Shown piece by piece: positions 24,935 to 38,760 of a DNA stretch of 64,000 bases (position 1 is its first letter; each line of letters begins with the position of its first letter). The DNA comes from Octopus sinensis (Eukaryota): NCBI RefSeq assembly GCF_006345805.1, contig NC_043010.1:992001-1056000 (forward strand), read 5' to 3'. The notes below the pieces were generated by a model, which worked only from the letters and a program-made list of their open reading frames with translations, was not told the DNA's origin and did not search any database. The translations under genes and the position numbers were made by a program.

Positions 24935-25890
24935 CCTTTCACCAAGAATTCTCCATCTTGAAAAATTTCTCCTGGGTAAGGGCCATCTCCCAGCTATGTT
25001 GTCTGGACTGGAGGTACACATGCTGAGGGTAGGTTCATTCATGCAGATCATTCTCACCTGTCTTACTTACCTTTACAGTTAACTCACCAGAGGGTGCTAT
25101 TTCACCTTCCACCTTCCACTTTCTTTCCAAGTGGAATTTGAAGACCTCGATGAAGAGGAAAATGTCAATGCCAAATTTACGTTGTTTCCATAAACAGAAA
25201 TCATCAGAAGATCCTTCAGTGGTGCTTTGGCATTAAAAATACCTCATATACTACTTTTATCACAAAAACACCACTATATTGCACCAAACCCACTAAAGAT
25301 TGATGGTACTCAAAGTCCTCACAAATACTCCAAATGTAGGTTTTCACCAACAATGAGTATTGCTTCTGGTGAAAGCACATCCTTGCCATACCCACATCTC
25401 AAAGATTGGTCCTTATCAGGATCAGAAAATATTTCAGTCCCCAAGAATTGCAGACACTCTACAAAGCTCAAGTGAGGTTGTCAATGGAGTACTGCTCCTA
25501 CACCTGGGACAGTGTTACAGTTATGTCCAGGGGCATCCAGGGCCATTCAACAAATTGGCATTCAATCACCAACAGGTACACTCCAGCCTCCAGTTCACTA
25601 CCATGCTGTCTTCTTTCTCTCTCTTTTTCTTTGTTCCTTGGACCATACGGATCCCATATAATAGCCTTTGTTCCCTTGAGTAGACTGGTCTTGTAGCTAC
25701 TATAATGGCCTCTGTTCCTTGGAGCTAGCTGGTTCCATATCTACCTAACACAAGTACTTCTATCCCACATGTCCCTTGATCTTTCGTCACTCTAGTTATG
25801 CCCAGCCCTTCCTACCAAGACCATCATCCCTCTGGAATCTCCACCCAACTTATGTCTTCCTTGCATGTAATGACTTGCAATGGTCTAAAT
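24935..25890 (+). pseudogene. Decayed CR1/L2-group LINE reverse transcriptase, 3' part
   Basis: IHADHSHL (YADD-like), RIRKYFSPQELQTLYKAQVRLSMEYCSYTW and PFLPRPSSLWNLHPTYVF..NDLQW, typical CR1/L2-like ORF2 C-terminal motifs with frameshifts. Confidence 0.8.
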
Positions 25891-25979
25891 GGAACAGTAA
25901 TGACATTAAGAACACTAGTCTCAGAGAGCTTGCAAAGATCATAGCATTACCCCAATCACCAGACTCACAAAGTAAGAAA

Positions 25980-26523
25980 AATGATATTGTACATTAAATT
26001 AAACTAGATGGTTGTGGCTGGAATGTCTTTTCACCCCAGAACAGGAATGGTCAGTCTTAAAATATTCACAGGGCTTTAACTAACCTAAATATATGGTAGA
26101 AAATACTTTATGTCAGGTCACTACATGTAACCCACTACAGCCTGCCACATGGTTAATTTATTGGTGACTAAATTGGTAGCCTCACCAAGCCTGCTTGGTG
26201 TGGAAGGTGATTTAGTGGAAATCTTACATGTTAAAAAACAAAACTCATCAAAGGGTGGATGAACTCAAGAGAATCCATGGTCATCATGTGGGAAGCTAAT
26301 GATGTGAGTTACCAGTTTAGTCACCAATAAATTAACCATGTGGCAGGCTGTACTGCGTTATATATTAGCAGTAGTTCAAGAGTGACCTGACATAAAGTAT
26401 TTTCTACCCTGTATTTAGGTTAGTTAAGGCCTTGTGAATATTTTAAGACTGACCATTCCTGTTCTGGGGTGATAAGACATTCCAGCCACAACTGTTTAGT
26501 TTAATTTAATGTACAATATCGTT
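25980..26523. repeat. Long inverted repeat, ~200-bp arms, ~118-bp spacer
   Basis: gatattgtacattaaattaaac...ttggtgactaaattggtagcctcac (25983-26185) vs gtgagttaccagtttagtcaccaa...gtttaatttaatgtacaatatc (26304-26520). Confidence 0.9.
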
Positions 26524-27408
26524 GCACTCACAATTATGAGATAATGGTGTCCATTTCCAAACTGGCTGTGCATTGTGGCCTTGAGCAAAACACTTCATTC
26601 CACATTGCTCCAGTCCACTCATCTGTTATTGAGCAAGATTGTGATGGATTAGCATACAAAGGAAAGATGGTGACTCAGTAAAACAACCTGAACAGAAGCC
26701 TCACCAGCCACATTTCCTACTCAGCAATCTAAATTTTATATAGTACAACCTGACTGATTCGTTGATCAACTATATCAAAAGATGAATGAATGAAATGAAT
26801 AAGATATGTGCCGAAGGAGTAGATGCCATACAGTGGGGTTGAACCTGAAAATGTGGTGTAACAAAACCAATGTCTTAGACACAAAACCATCCATTTCGTT
26901 CAACACAATTCCTTCTGCTCTCTGTTGCGCTTCTATTAATTTGTTTCCCATAGAATCAGTAGAGTTAATGGAACTGATCTTAGAATGTTAGCTCCGTTTC
27001 TGGTTTTTTTTTTTTTCATGCTATCATTCCAAGAGAGAGATAAGCAGAAAAAAAAGGGAAAATAACCTTCCATGGAGTAATTCAAATATGGAACTAAGAG
27101 AGACAAAATTAAATACCGCAATACATTTCATTTAGTTCAGCTCAGAACTGTTGTGCTGTCTTCCTAAAATCTAGATGTTCGGAATAATGAAATATCAGAA
27201 TATATATATCTATTGTTGCTGTGCACAATTCTATAATAGGCCTTTTGTTATATGTATACATATATATATACTCTCCTATATATATATATATATAGGAGAG
27301 TATATATATATATAAATATATATATATACACATATACATATATACATATATACATACATATATACATATACATATATACATATATACATATATATATTAC
27401 ATATATAC

Positions 27409-27491
<83 letters not shown>

Positions 27492-27630
27492 TATACATGC
27501 ATACATATATATATACATTATACATATATACATATACACACACACAAATATATACACACACATACACACTATTTATGCATATATATATATTCACACACAC
27601 AACACACACTCACTCTTTCACACACTCTCC

Positions 27631-27665
<35 letters not shown>

Positions 27666-27732
27666 ATATATATATATATAAAAACACACATACACACATG
27701 TATAAACTCTTAATTTCATAAGAATACTGTAA

Positions 27733-27765
<33 letters not shown>

Positions 27766-28449
27766 ATATATATATACACATATATATATGTGTGTATATA
27801 TATATTCTACATCATATTTATATGCATATACTCACACATGCACATATATATACACACCTCTTTTCAAATGATGGAATTATTTAAAAAGAGGGTATATAAA
27901 AAAATTGAGGATGTCTTTGAAATGTCATTTGAATCTTATCTACTTTGCACAATTGTAAATCTAAGCCAGAAGGGGAAAATAAATTTAGAGACAAAAGAAT
28001 TAGTGAAAAAAGGAAAAAAAAAAATAAAAAGAATATAATTTTAAATAATTTAAGAAAATTGAAAGTAATGGTAAAAGTAGGAAATTCATGAAATAGAATA
28101 AAATGAAAAAAAAAAGAAAATTTTATGCAACGATATAAATGTCACTTATCATATCTTCCTATTCACTGCGGCCATTGTCATCATCTTCCTCTTTACGACT
28201 ATTAGCAGGAATATAATCAACAGCGTTATCATAATCATCATAGACATGACCATTAACGCAAACAATATCAACATTGTCATCATCAATATCCTTTCCCTCT
28301 TCACAATTACAATGTATAATCATCATCATCATCATTATCATCATCATTATCATAGTAGAAGATTCTTGCTGAAGGTGCCACACAATGGGACTGAACCTGA
28401 AACCATGTGGATGGGAACTAAACATCTCAGCCTCACAGTTTGTACACAT

Positions 28450-29540
28450 AATGGTTTCATATTCAGGCACAAGGGGGGGGGGGGCTAGTCGATTACATCA
28501 ACCCCAGTGCTCAACTGGCATTTATTTTATCAACCCCAAAAGGATGAAAGGCAAAGTCAACCTTGGCAGGATTTGAACTCAGGACATAAAGACAAACAAA
28601 ATGCCGATAATCATTTTGCCTGCTGTGCTAATGATTCTGCCAGCTCGCTGCCTTACATTAATCTTTCTACTCTTTTACTTGTTTCAGTCATTTGACTGCG
28701 ACCATGCTGGAGCATTGCCTTTAGTCGAACAAATCAATCCCAGGACTTATTCTTTGTAAGCCTAATACATATTCTATCAGTCTCTTTTGCCAAACTACCA
28801 AGTTATGGGAATGTAAACACACCAACATTGGTTGTCAAGTAATAGTGGAGGGACAAACACAGATACACAAATACATACATATATATATATAGTTTCAAAT
28901 TTTGGTACAAGGCCAGCAATTTTGGAGGAAGGAGTAAATCAATTACATTAACCTCAGTGTCCAGCTGGTACTTATTTTATTCGGTAGGGCAAAGTTTCCT
29001 ACATGGGTCATGCCAACTCATAAGGGCCAGCTACCCAGTTTCCATGGCATATAAACTGCCCACCTGGATTGGACACCAATCCATCGTAGGATTACTCACT
29101 TTTGCCAGCTGAGTGGACTGAGGCAATGTGAAATGAAGTGTTTTGCTCAAGAGTACAATGCATCGCCTGGTCTGGGAATTGAAATTACAATCTCACAGTC
29201 ACTAAGCCACGTACCACTATACTTATTTTTTTATTGACTCCGAAAGGATGAAAGGTAAAGTTAACCTTGGTGAAATTTGAACTCAGAACACTGGGCATTT
29301 TTCTGGCCAGCTAACGATTCTTATCTGCTCTAGGCACAAGGCTCAAATTTTTTTTTGGGGGGGGGGAGGGCACGGGAGTTAATTAGATCAACCACAGTAT
29401 GCAACTGGTACTTAATTTATGGACCCCAAAAGGATAAAAGCAAAGTCAACCTTCGTGGAATTTGAACTCAGAATGTAAAGACAGATGAAATACTGCTAAG
29501 CAATTTTTCCGGCGTGCTAATGTTTCTGTCAGCTCACCAT
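28450..29540 (-). mobile_element. Cluster of SINEs (D, A 3' half, D interrupted by nested B, D), all minus strand
   Basis: Group B copy at about 28985-29218 sits inside a D copy, with tacttatttt duplicated at 28969 and 29220. Confidence 0.75.
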
Positions 29541-29602
29541 CCTGCAACCTTCATACATGCTACAGAAACACACACACACACACATACACACACACACACA
29601 CA

Positions 29603-29642
<40 letters not shown>

Positions 29643-29660
29643 TACACACACACACACACA

Positions 29661-29976
29661 CATTTGTCTGTATGTCAGTAATCTTCATCTATATCTACAT
29701 TTAGCCACTCAGTTCTTAGACAATTTCTCTTAAGTATACATTTACAAATACATACAGACATACGCATGCATTCAATTCACAGACATGTAAATGCACGCAA
29801 CACACACACACAAATACACACACACACACAACACACACACACACATTTGTCTGTATGTCAGTAATCTTCATCTATATCTACATTTAGCCACTCAGTTCTT
29901 AGACAATTTCTCTTAAGTATACATTTACAAATACATACAGACATACGCATGCATTCAATTCACAGACATGTAAATG

Positions 29977-29990
<14 letters not shown>
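29661..29990. repeat. Identical 183-bp-period tandem duplication bounded by (CA)n
   Basis: catttgtctgtatgtcag at 29661 and 29844. Confidence 0.9.
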
Positions 29991-30014
<24 letters not shown>

Positions 30015-30759
30015 TACATGCATGCATGCACAGACACAATGAAGTTCTGCTGAAAAATTGCTTTAGAATCTCTTGAAGTAACGGTAAAGAATGTGGAAGA
30101 TATCAAAATTAGATAAAATTATAGATGCTATAATGAAGGCCTTCTTTCCAGCACAATATATACTTATTGTGCAGCACACACGCATTGCCACAAACTCATA
30201 CATACTCAGACATTACCATACAGACATGCAATACCATACACACGCACACACATTGCCCACACATAACATTATTATACAAGCATATATCATTACTAAATGA
30301 ACACACGTGCACACACATCATTATAGATGTTGTCATTGCCATCTTCATCATCATCATCATCATCATCATCAACCTATGTATAAACATTAGTATTTACATC
30401 AGGAATATTTTTCGGCCTCAATATTGTTATGGTAATCACCATTAATATCATGTGGACCATCATCATCATCATCGTCATCGTCATCATCATCAATATCATC
30501 ATCATCACCATCCCCATCATGATCAATATAATCATCATCATCACTGCAGTCATCAATATGATGATCATCATCACCGACATGATTGTCATCACGACTGCCA
30601 TTATCATCGTCATCATCTTTAGCAAAACAACATCCTTCTCATTTTCACATAGCTAGACCACCGTCACTGTCTGCTGTGTTAAAGAAGCTTGCATTTCCTC
30701 TCATCCTCCATTTTCTCATTTGACTTTAACGAATGCTGTTTTATTTGATGGAATGAAAA

Positions 30760-30993
30760 GGCTGCAAGCTGGCAGAAACGTTAGCACGCCGGGCGAAATG
30801 CTGAGTGGTATTTCGGCTGTCTACGTTCTGAGTTCAAATTCCGCCGAGGTTGACTTTGCCTTTCATCCTTTCGGAGTCGATTAAATAAGTACCAGTTATG
30901 CACTGGGGTCGATGTAATCGACTTAATCCGTTTGTCTGTCCTTGTTCGTCCCTTCTGTGTTTGGTCCCTTGTGGGTGGTAAGGAAATAGGTAT
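30760..30993 (+). mobile_element. SINE group D head, well preserved, with an alternative tail
   Basis: gctggcagaaacgttagcacgccgggcgaaatgc...ttctgagttcaaattccgccgaggttgactttgcc, CpGs retained. Confidence 0.85.
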
Positions 30994-32704
30994 GAGGCAA
31001 GGGTCCCCAACAACTGCTGGGCAGTGGACCAATAGCTGACCATGGATCATTTGGTGTTGGGCCACACAGAAAGAATAAATTTTTGAAAATTTATTTCTAT
31101 TTTATAGATGCAGATGTGGTTTAATAATAGTTGTGAACATAGCCGTTTCTTAAGAAGTTTGCTTCCCAGCCACATGGTCCTGGGTTCAGTCCCATTGCAT
31201 GGCAGCTAGCACAAATATCTTTGACAGCTGCCTTCCAAAGTTTGTGTGCGTGTGTGTGTGTGATAATATTAGCAGTGCCCCAGCATGGCTGTTACCTCTG
31301 GGCTGAAACATGTGAAAAGAATACAAGAATAACAGAATGTATGTGTGTGCGTGTGTGTGTGTGTATGTGTGTGTGTATGATAATATTAGTGGCACTCCAG
31401 CATGGCCACAGCCTTTGGGCTGAAACATGTGAAAAGAGTACATGAATAAAAGATTATATTACAAGTACAGGTATGTGTGTGTGTGTGTGCTTGTGTCCCC
31501 TTGTCTTGACGTTGCGTGATAGTTATAAGTGAGTGTCTCTCTACTGGAACATATGTATGGACTGCATGCATGTGTGTGTGTGTTTTTCTGTGATTTTGTT
31601 CCCACCACTGTTTGACAATTGGTGTTGGTTTGTTTATGCTCTTATAACTTAGCGGTTTGGCAAACAAGTGCAATAGATAAAGTAACAATCTGAAAACATA
31701 ACTTCTGAGGTTGATCTGTTTGACTAAAATGTCTAAAGTGGTGGGCCAGTATGGCTACAATTCACTGATCAGAACAACATGTATACATACATGTTTGTAT
31801 TTATCTGTACATGTGTATATACATCTATGTATATACACATGCATACATTCACAAATAGAGGCATACATGCATGCATACAGACATATGCATATGCACCTCA
31901 TTCACATGGTTTGGGGTTCAGTCCCACTTCATGACATCACGGGCAAGTATCTTCTTCTATAGGCTTGGGCCAACAAAGCCTTCTAAGTGAATTTGGTAGA
32001 TGGAAACTGAAAGAAGACTGTAGTATGCATATCTATGTGTGTGTGTCTTTGTGTCTATGTTTGACTCTAACCACTGTTTGACGTGAAAAGGGACCATTGA
32101 AATGAGTGCAAGGATTGAAAAAATTATGGACTGGGGTTGATTTGTCTGGCTGAAATTCAAGCCAGTGATCCAGCAGGGCCACAGTTTAATCACTGATGCA
32201 ATAAAAGATTAAAGACAAAAAGATATATAGGTGCATACAAACATATATCCACATATATACATAGATACATGTATGTATGCAAGTGAAACTACATAAGTGA
32301 TTGAAGGGGTCAAAAATTTCCAGGAAACAGCATTCTCCACACACTCACATATTCAAGATCGTGCTCTCTGTCTAGAAGCAATGACATCACACATACACAC
32401 ATGGCAGTACACACACACACACATACACACACACACACATATATATATATTGCAAAACTTTAATCACACATCAGTTTGTAGCTTAAAAGTTCAGCGATGT
32501 TGGCATTTCATTCATGATTCCATGTATTTGTAGAATGTGAGCTGTTTGGTGAGAAGAACATTTCTAAAGAAAATAATGAAAGATTGGGAAAGACTTGGAG
32601 TTGGAAAGAAGGAAACACAGACGGAGAGGCAAGCAGAGGGATGTAAAGACGTACATGCACACACACACTTATATATGTGTAGACAGACAGACAGACAGAC
32701 AGAT

Positions 32705-32747
<43 letters not shown>

Positions 32748-32766
32748 TAGATAAATAGATAGTATT

Positions 32767-32830
<64 letters not shown>

Positions 32831-32943
32831 ATAGCCACATTTACAGCATTAGAGAGCTCGAAAATGAAAGAGCAAATAATGAAAGAACAAAAAAAGCCAA
32901 AAAAGAAATTGATGATGGTATGTAACACATTTGTAAGTGGAGA

Positions 32944-32983
<40 letters not shown>

Positions 32984-33312
32984 AAAGACGAGGGAGTGAA
33001 AATGAAAGTGAAACTACACTAGTAAAATAACAATACTGAAACAACAACAACAACAACGAGAATAGTTTGAAAGAGTAGAAAAAAAGGAAGAGAGAAGAAG
33101 TAAAGATGGAATATAAGACATTTTGTAAATGAAGCCATTTGTGAAAACTACGTATAAATTAAAAGTGAAGCCGACACAATGTCGCTTCAGTCTTGGCCAG
33201 ATTCTCTCTGTAATCCACACAACAAAAACGTAATACCACCTACAAGGGTTTTGTGAGAGTTTCACATATATTATTAGCTATTGGTTCTTTCTCAAACATT
33301 CCTCTTCTTAAA

Positions 33313-33388
<76 letters not shown>

Positions 33389-33666
33389 TATATATACGTG
33401 CAAACAAGGATTTTGTTTAGCCAGCTCAAGTATTCACGATTATATACACGCACTTATACAAATACCATTAAACATGTATATATGTGTGAGTAGATGTGTA
33501 TATGTATATATATATATATATAATAGAGAGAGAGAGAGAGAGAGAGATACGCATACATAAATGCTTATATAAACACATAAATAGATAAATATAAGTACAT
33601 GCAACTAAACATATAAACACACACACACATATATAGACATACACACACAAGCATAAATAGATAGAC

Positions 33667-33704
<38 letters not shown>

Positions 33705-33883
33705 AGACAATGTACATTCAAATGTAGATACAATGTTCTTTTTAGCTAGTTGATGTTCACACACACACACACACACGTGTGTAGACCCATTAAAATGAGA
33801 ATTTTTATTTTGCCAGCTCATGCACACTTATGCACACAAATGCATAACAGTGAAAACAAAGCTTTTTAACCACCGTTCTCTAA

Positions 33884-33923
<40 letters not shown>

Positions 33924-34660
33924 CCCCCTCTTCCTGTTCTCTCTCTCTGTCTCTCTAACTCTCTCTCTCTCTCTCTTCTCTATCTATCCCCCTCTTCTTG
34001 TTCTCTCTCTCTGTCTCTCTAGCTCTCTCTCTCTCACACACACAAACACATAAAGTGAAAATGTTCTCTTTTGTTTAGTTGTATGCATATAGACACACAC
34101 AACACACACAACACACACACACAGATATAGACATACACAAGCATTAAAGAGGACTTTTGTTTATAAACATGCTTTCACACATATTCACACACACACAAAA
34201 AAACACAGCATACACAAACACATACATACCATACATATGCATACTGAATTTCCACTTACACACACATCACAAATACACACAAGCTGTACACAAGACATAT
34301 ATGCACACACAGCACATATATACACACACACACACACACAATGCATCCACATCATACACTGATTACATAACACACACTCACACACACACACAAACACATA
34401 TATATATACATACACATTCACTACATGCATATCCCACATACATATCCAGTGTGTACACATCATAGATACATGTCACGCATACCACACACACAAACATGCA
34501 TATACATACATACATACATACATACATACATGCATACATTCATACATACATACATAGACCACATATACACACCATACATATATACACATTGCAGATATAG
34601 TCATCATACACTACACATACACTAACACACACAGATGTATACAAACACACTGCTGTACAT

Positions 34661-34707
<47 letters not shown>

Positions 34708-34846
34708 CACACAACACACACAAACACACACACACACACACAGCTCTGCAGAACACACACAAAAAACATGCATTGACAGACATACAGAAACCTGCACAAA
34801 CATACACAGAATTATACACAGATACAGAAAAATGTTGCGTGCACGT

Positions 34847-34883
<37 letters not shown>

Positions 34884-35374
34884 CACGCACGCACACACAC
34901 GCACATTCTTAGATTACAACATTAACAAAGTGAAGGAATGGGCTTTCTCTTCTTTTCAGCGGGTTTTGTTTTGTTTTTGCATTCTTATTTCTGTCTGTCT
35001 GTCTGTCTGTATCTCTCTCTCTCTCTCCATCTCTCTCTCTCCATCTCTCTCTCTCCATCTCTCTCTCTCCATCTCTCTCTCTCTCTCTCTCATTATACAT
35101 GCAATCACACACAACCTGAGACTTTCATATACAGTCACACACACACACACACACATCAAACAAATACCTGCATGCAAACATAGACGCATATGAACACGTG
35201 CACACACACACACAAACATGCATACACAAATACATGTACAAACACTCTAAACACAAACACATACACACACCCACACGCATAAACACACAGACACACTTAT
35301 ACCCACACACACATACACACACATCTAAACAAGTACATTAGTACCTTATAAATGGCATGACTAAGACAAAAACA

Positions 35375-35407
<33 letters not shown>

Positions 35408-35810
35408 GCACACATGCAACACACAAACACACACATACACTATACATAAACACACACATACACAGGCAGCATACACAAACACATTACCATTCTATAAATG
35501 GCATGACTAAGGCAAAAAAATCCATGGAACCGTATAAGACAAAACTTTGGTTTGTTTTGGTTTTTACTGCATGCATTAAGGCCAAAGTGAAAGGTTTCTT
35601 TTTTCTAGCATGCGTTTGTTAGTTTTGTAGTTGTTGTTGTTCTTATTCTCGATCTTTGGTTGATTTTCGCAGAAGATGGTTTCAAGGTGGAATAAATGCA
35701 GCAAAAAAGAAAAAAAACCCAAAAAACAAATGAATATAGAAAAATGGAGTGAATGAATAAGAGCCACAACAACAATAATTACAACAGCAACAATCAAGAG
35801 AAAGAAAGAA

Positions 35811-35842
<32 letters not shown>

Positions 35843-36743
35843 CAGACAGAGAGAGCTTCTATGTGGTTCTTCTAAATGCTTGAAATAACAGCCAAGATTT
35901 GGAAAGCTAATGATGTTTTAAAGTTTTCACTCCATGTTTTCACTGTGTGCCACATTGACTTGCTTGCCAGAAAATGCAATAAGTTGGCTCAAAAAGGCCT
36001 GTCCTGGGGCTAAACAACAATAATACTAAATTAAATCACTTGATCCAAGGCACAAAACTGCAATTTATGTCATCCCTTGTAATGACTCTAGTCTAGAATT
36101 GGAATTTCATTTATAAGCATTCCTGGGACTATAAATGGTAAGAACCAAAGAATCGGAAAAAAGAATTTTATCAGAATTTACAAAGGACATCTATTTTATT
36201 CAGGGGAATTTTTGGTAAAAAAAAGGAACAAAAAGAAAGTTAAATGATTCAATGATAAGCCAATCACCTGCATGTACTTTGTAAATGGAACAAAACATAC
36301 ATTCATTGGCACCAAACATGTGGCTCACATCAGTGGAATTTCCACTGTCGTGCAGCTGAGTATTGAAGGTGGTCGCTAGAGCATGTCTTTATGGTCCAAA
36401 CAATATCTTCAACTGATCACTAGCCATGTTATGTATCACAGATCAATCTGTGATGAGCATATCATGGTTCACAGTTGAGCAGATCATGTTACCCTGGGTC
36501 AGTGATAAATGAAGCAGGAATAAACGAATCTTGTTCCATTCTGTGAATGATAATCATCAATATTTTCAAGCATTTTCTCAAGAACCCAGGAAATTTCTGG
36601 GCTTGTAATGGATATGATGCTCCCATTGTACTCTGCTGTCTATTGAAGACCCTAGTAAAGAACATCCCCCAGAAGGAGTTGAACTTAGATTAAAGGACAT
36701 AACTGCATATATCTAATTTGTCCCTTTCCATTGGCTCTAAAGC

Positions 36744-36909
36744 CTGGGCCAGTCCTAGGGTTGCTGGCGCCCTGGGAAAACTGAACTTCAGTGTGTACAA
36801 GCTGCTGGTCATGGAAATTTCCTTGTCTTTCTCAAGCCCTCTTTGGCACCCCCTAACACATGGCACCCCGGGTGGCAGCCAGAGTTGTCGATACCTTCAA
36901 CTGGCCCTA
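36744..36909. mobile_element. hAT-type MITE
   Basis: GC-rich; termini ctgggccagt / actggcccta; 8-bp TSD tctaaagc (36736-36743) and cctaaagc (36910-36917). Confidence 0.75.
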
Positions 36910-37774
36910 CCTAAAGCAATATTAGCAGAACCCCCAATAATAATAAGGTCTTCCAATATAGATGCAAAGCTAGAAATTATGAAGGGGAAAGATATACAGC
37001 AGATTGTATTGACCCTAGTACATGACTGGTACATCTTTTTTATTATTATTCCAGTAAAATTTGGACTCAAAATTTAAGGAAGTCATCATCATCATCATTT
37101 TAATGTTCCTATTGTACAAAGTGCCAAGCAGTAGGACTGAACCTAAAACCATGTGGCTGGGAAGAAAATTTAGTCCCAGTGCTATGCCTGTGCCTACTCC
37201 AAGCCTGTAGCTAATCCAGTATTTCAGTTCACAGCTCTATTTAGCCAGCCATTGAATGCCAGGCATGAAATTAAAGATGCAAATGCTTAGAAGTAAAAGC
37301 AACCCTATTATTTGGCTGGTACATTTATTATTGACCCCAGAAGGACTCAGTTTAAAAGAAGACAAGGTTAACCAATCACAAAAAGCTTTCAATATCATAA
37401 GACTGGAGACATTGTATTTCCAGCATCCAGGCCAACATAGTATATAATGTGAACTTGTAGTGTCGACATTCAAATATCATTGCTGTCTTTCCAAATCCTG
37501 ATGCATTTCACATGGAATTTTTGGTTCTCTGGGGTAGTCAGATGTATAAGTCAACCTGCTATTTTTGGCTGTAAATTTCAGTCTGGAAAAATTTGAATTG
37601 TATGATGGAAAATGCAGTAAATAGAATGAGCCAATCTGAAAGCAAACAACAGCTCAAAAGTTCTAGATTAATTACAGAAATGGTCGTATCACATTTTAGT
37701 GACACAGAATCAATAGACAGATACAGAAAACTATCAAAATAAAATACTCAAACAAGAGGTTACGGTCAACTGAG

Positions 37775-38432
37775 TAATGTTTCATGTCAAATGTACATCA
37801 ACTGTGCAAGGTAAACTGGGCATTCTGTATCGTCAAATGCACATTGTTGACAGTACATTATGTAATATCAACTTTACATTTTATAAGAGTAATTGTACAT
37901 AATTTAATGACAATAGTATTTATGATATGTCAAACATACACTGTCAACAGTACACTATGAAATGTCATCTCTGCATTAATGTCAAATGTACATTGTCAAT
38001 TGTACAATATGTAATGTCAACTGTATATTATACAATATCATCTGCACATCATTTAATGTCAGACAGTATATGTGTATATGTTAACTATACATGATGACAT
38101 GAAATATTAGCTATATGTTATGTAATGGAACGTGCACATTATGTAATGATAACTGCATATTGTGGAATATAGCTTTATATTGTGCAACAAGTTACATTAT
38201 GTAATTGTTCGTCTATATAATATAACAACTGTACATTATCTAATGACAATTCTGTATTAACATAATGTCAAATGCACAACAGTTATTGTTAATCGAACAA
38301 TATGTAATGTCAACAGCGCAGTATGAAATATCAACGGTACCATATGGAATTACAGCTATATCTTGTGCAATGAGAAATGTACATTATCTAATGTGAGGTC
38401 TATATTAACATGTCAAATGTACAGTATGTAAT
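37775..38432. repeat. Ancient degenerate ~21-bp minisatellite (consensus ~TGTACATTATGTAATGTCAAC)
   Basis: Recurrent gtacattatgtaat, aatgtcaac and tgtcaaatgtaca words across about 650 bp. Confidence 0.7.
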
Positions 38433-38760
38433 GCGAAGGTGTGTGGATTAGTGGTTAGGGCATTCGGCTCATGATTGTAAGGTCGTGAGTTCGATTCCCG
38501 GCGATGTGTTGTGTCCTTGAGCAAGACACTTTATTTCATGTTGCTCCAGTCCACTCAGCTGGCAAAAATGAGTTGTACCTGTATTTCAAAGGGCTAACCT
38601 TGTCACATCCTGTGTCATGCTGAATCTCCCTGAGAACTACGTGTTAAGGGTACACGAGTCTGTGGATTGCTCAGCCGCTACTTGCACGTTAATTTCATGA
38701 GCAGGCTGTTCCATTGATTGTATCAGCTGGGTCCCTCATTGTCATAACCAAGGGAGTGCC
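38433..38760 (+). mobile_element. SINE group B, full copy
   Basis: gcgaaggtgtgtggattagtggttagggcattcggctc...gagttcgattcccgg, then gtgtccttgagcaagacactttatttc...ctccagtccactcagctgg. Confidence 0.88.

Noticed and set aside
26954-26987. PDZ-like ISRVNGTDLR micro-exon
   Set aside because: Ten residues, a weak donor and no adjoining PDZ exons found; indistinguishable from chance
36300-36620. Merlin/IS1595-like transposase remnant (minus-strand TVNH, WVL)
   Set aside because: Only a 4-residue motif matches, with stops and frameshifts around it
38433-38505. tRNA gene (also 10470-10542, 48250-48321, 56991-57060)
   Set aside because: A and B boxes are present, but there is no complete cloverleaf or acceptor stem and each continues into a shared SINE body
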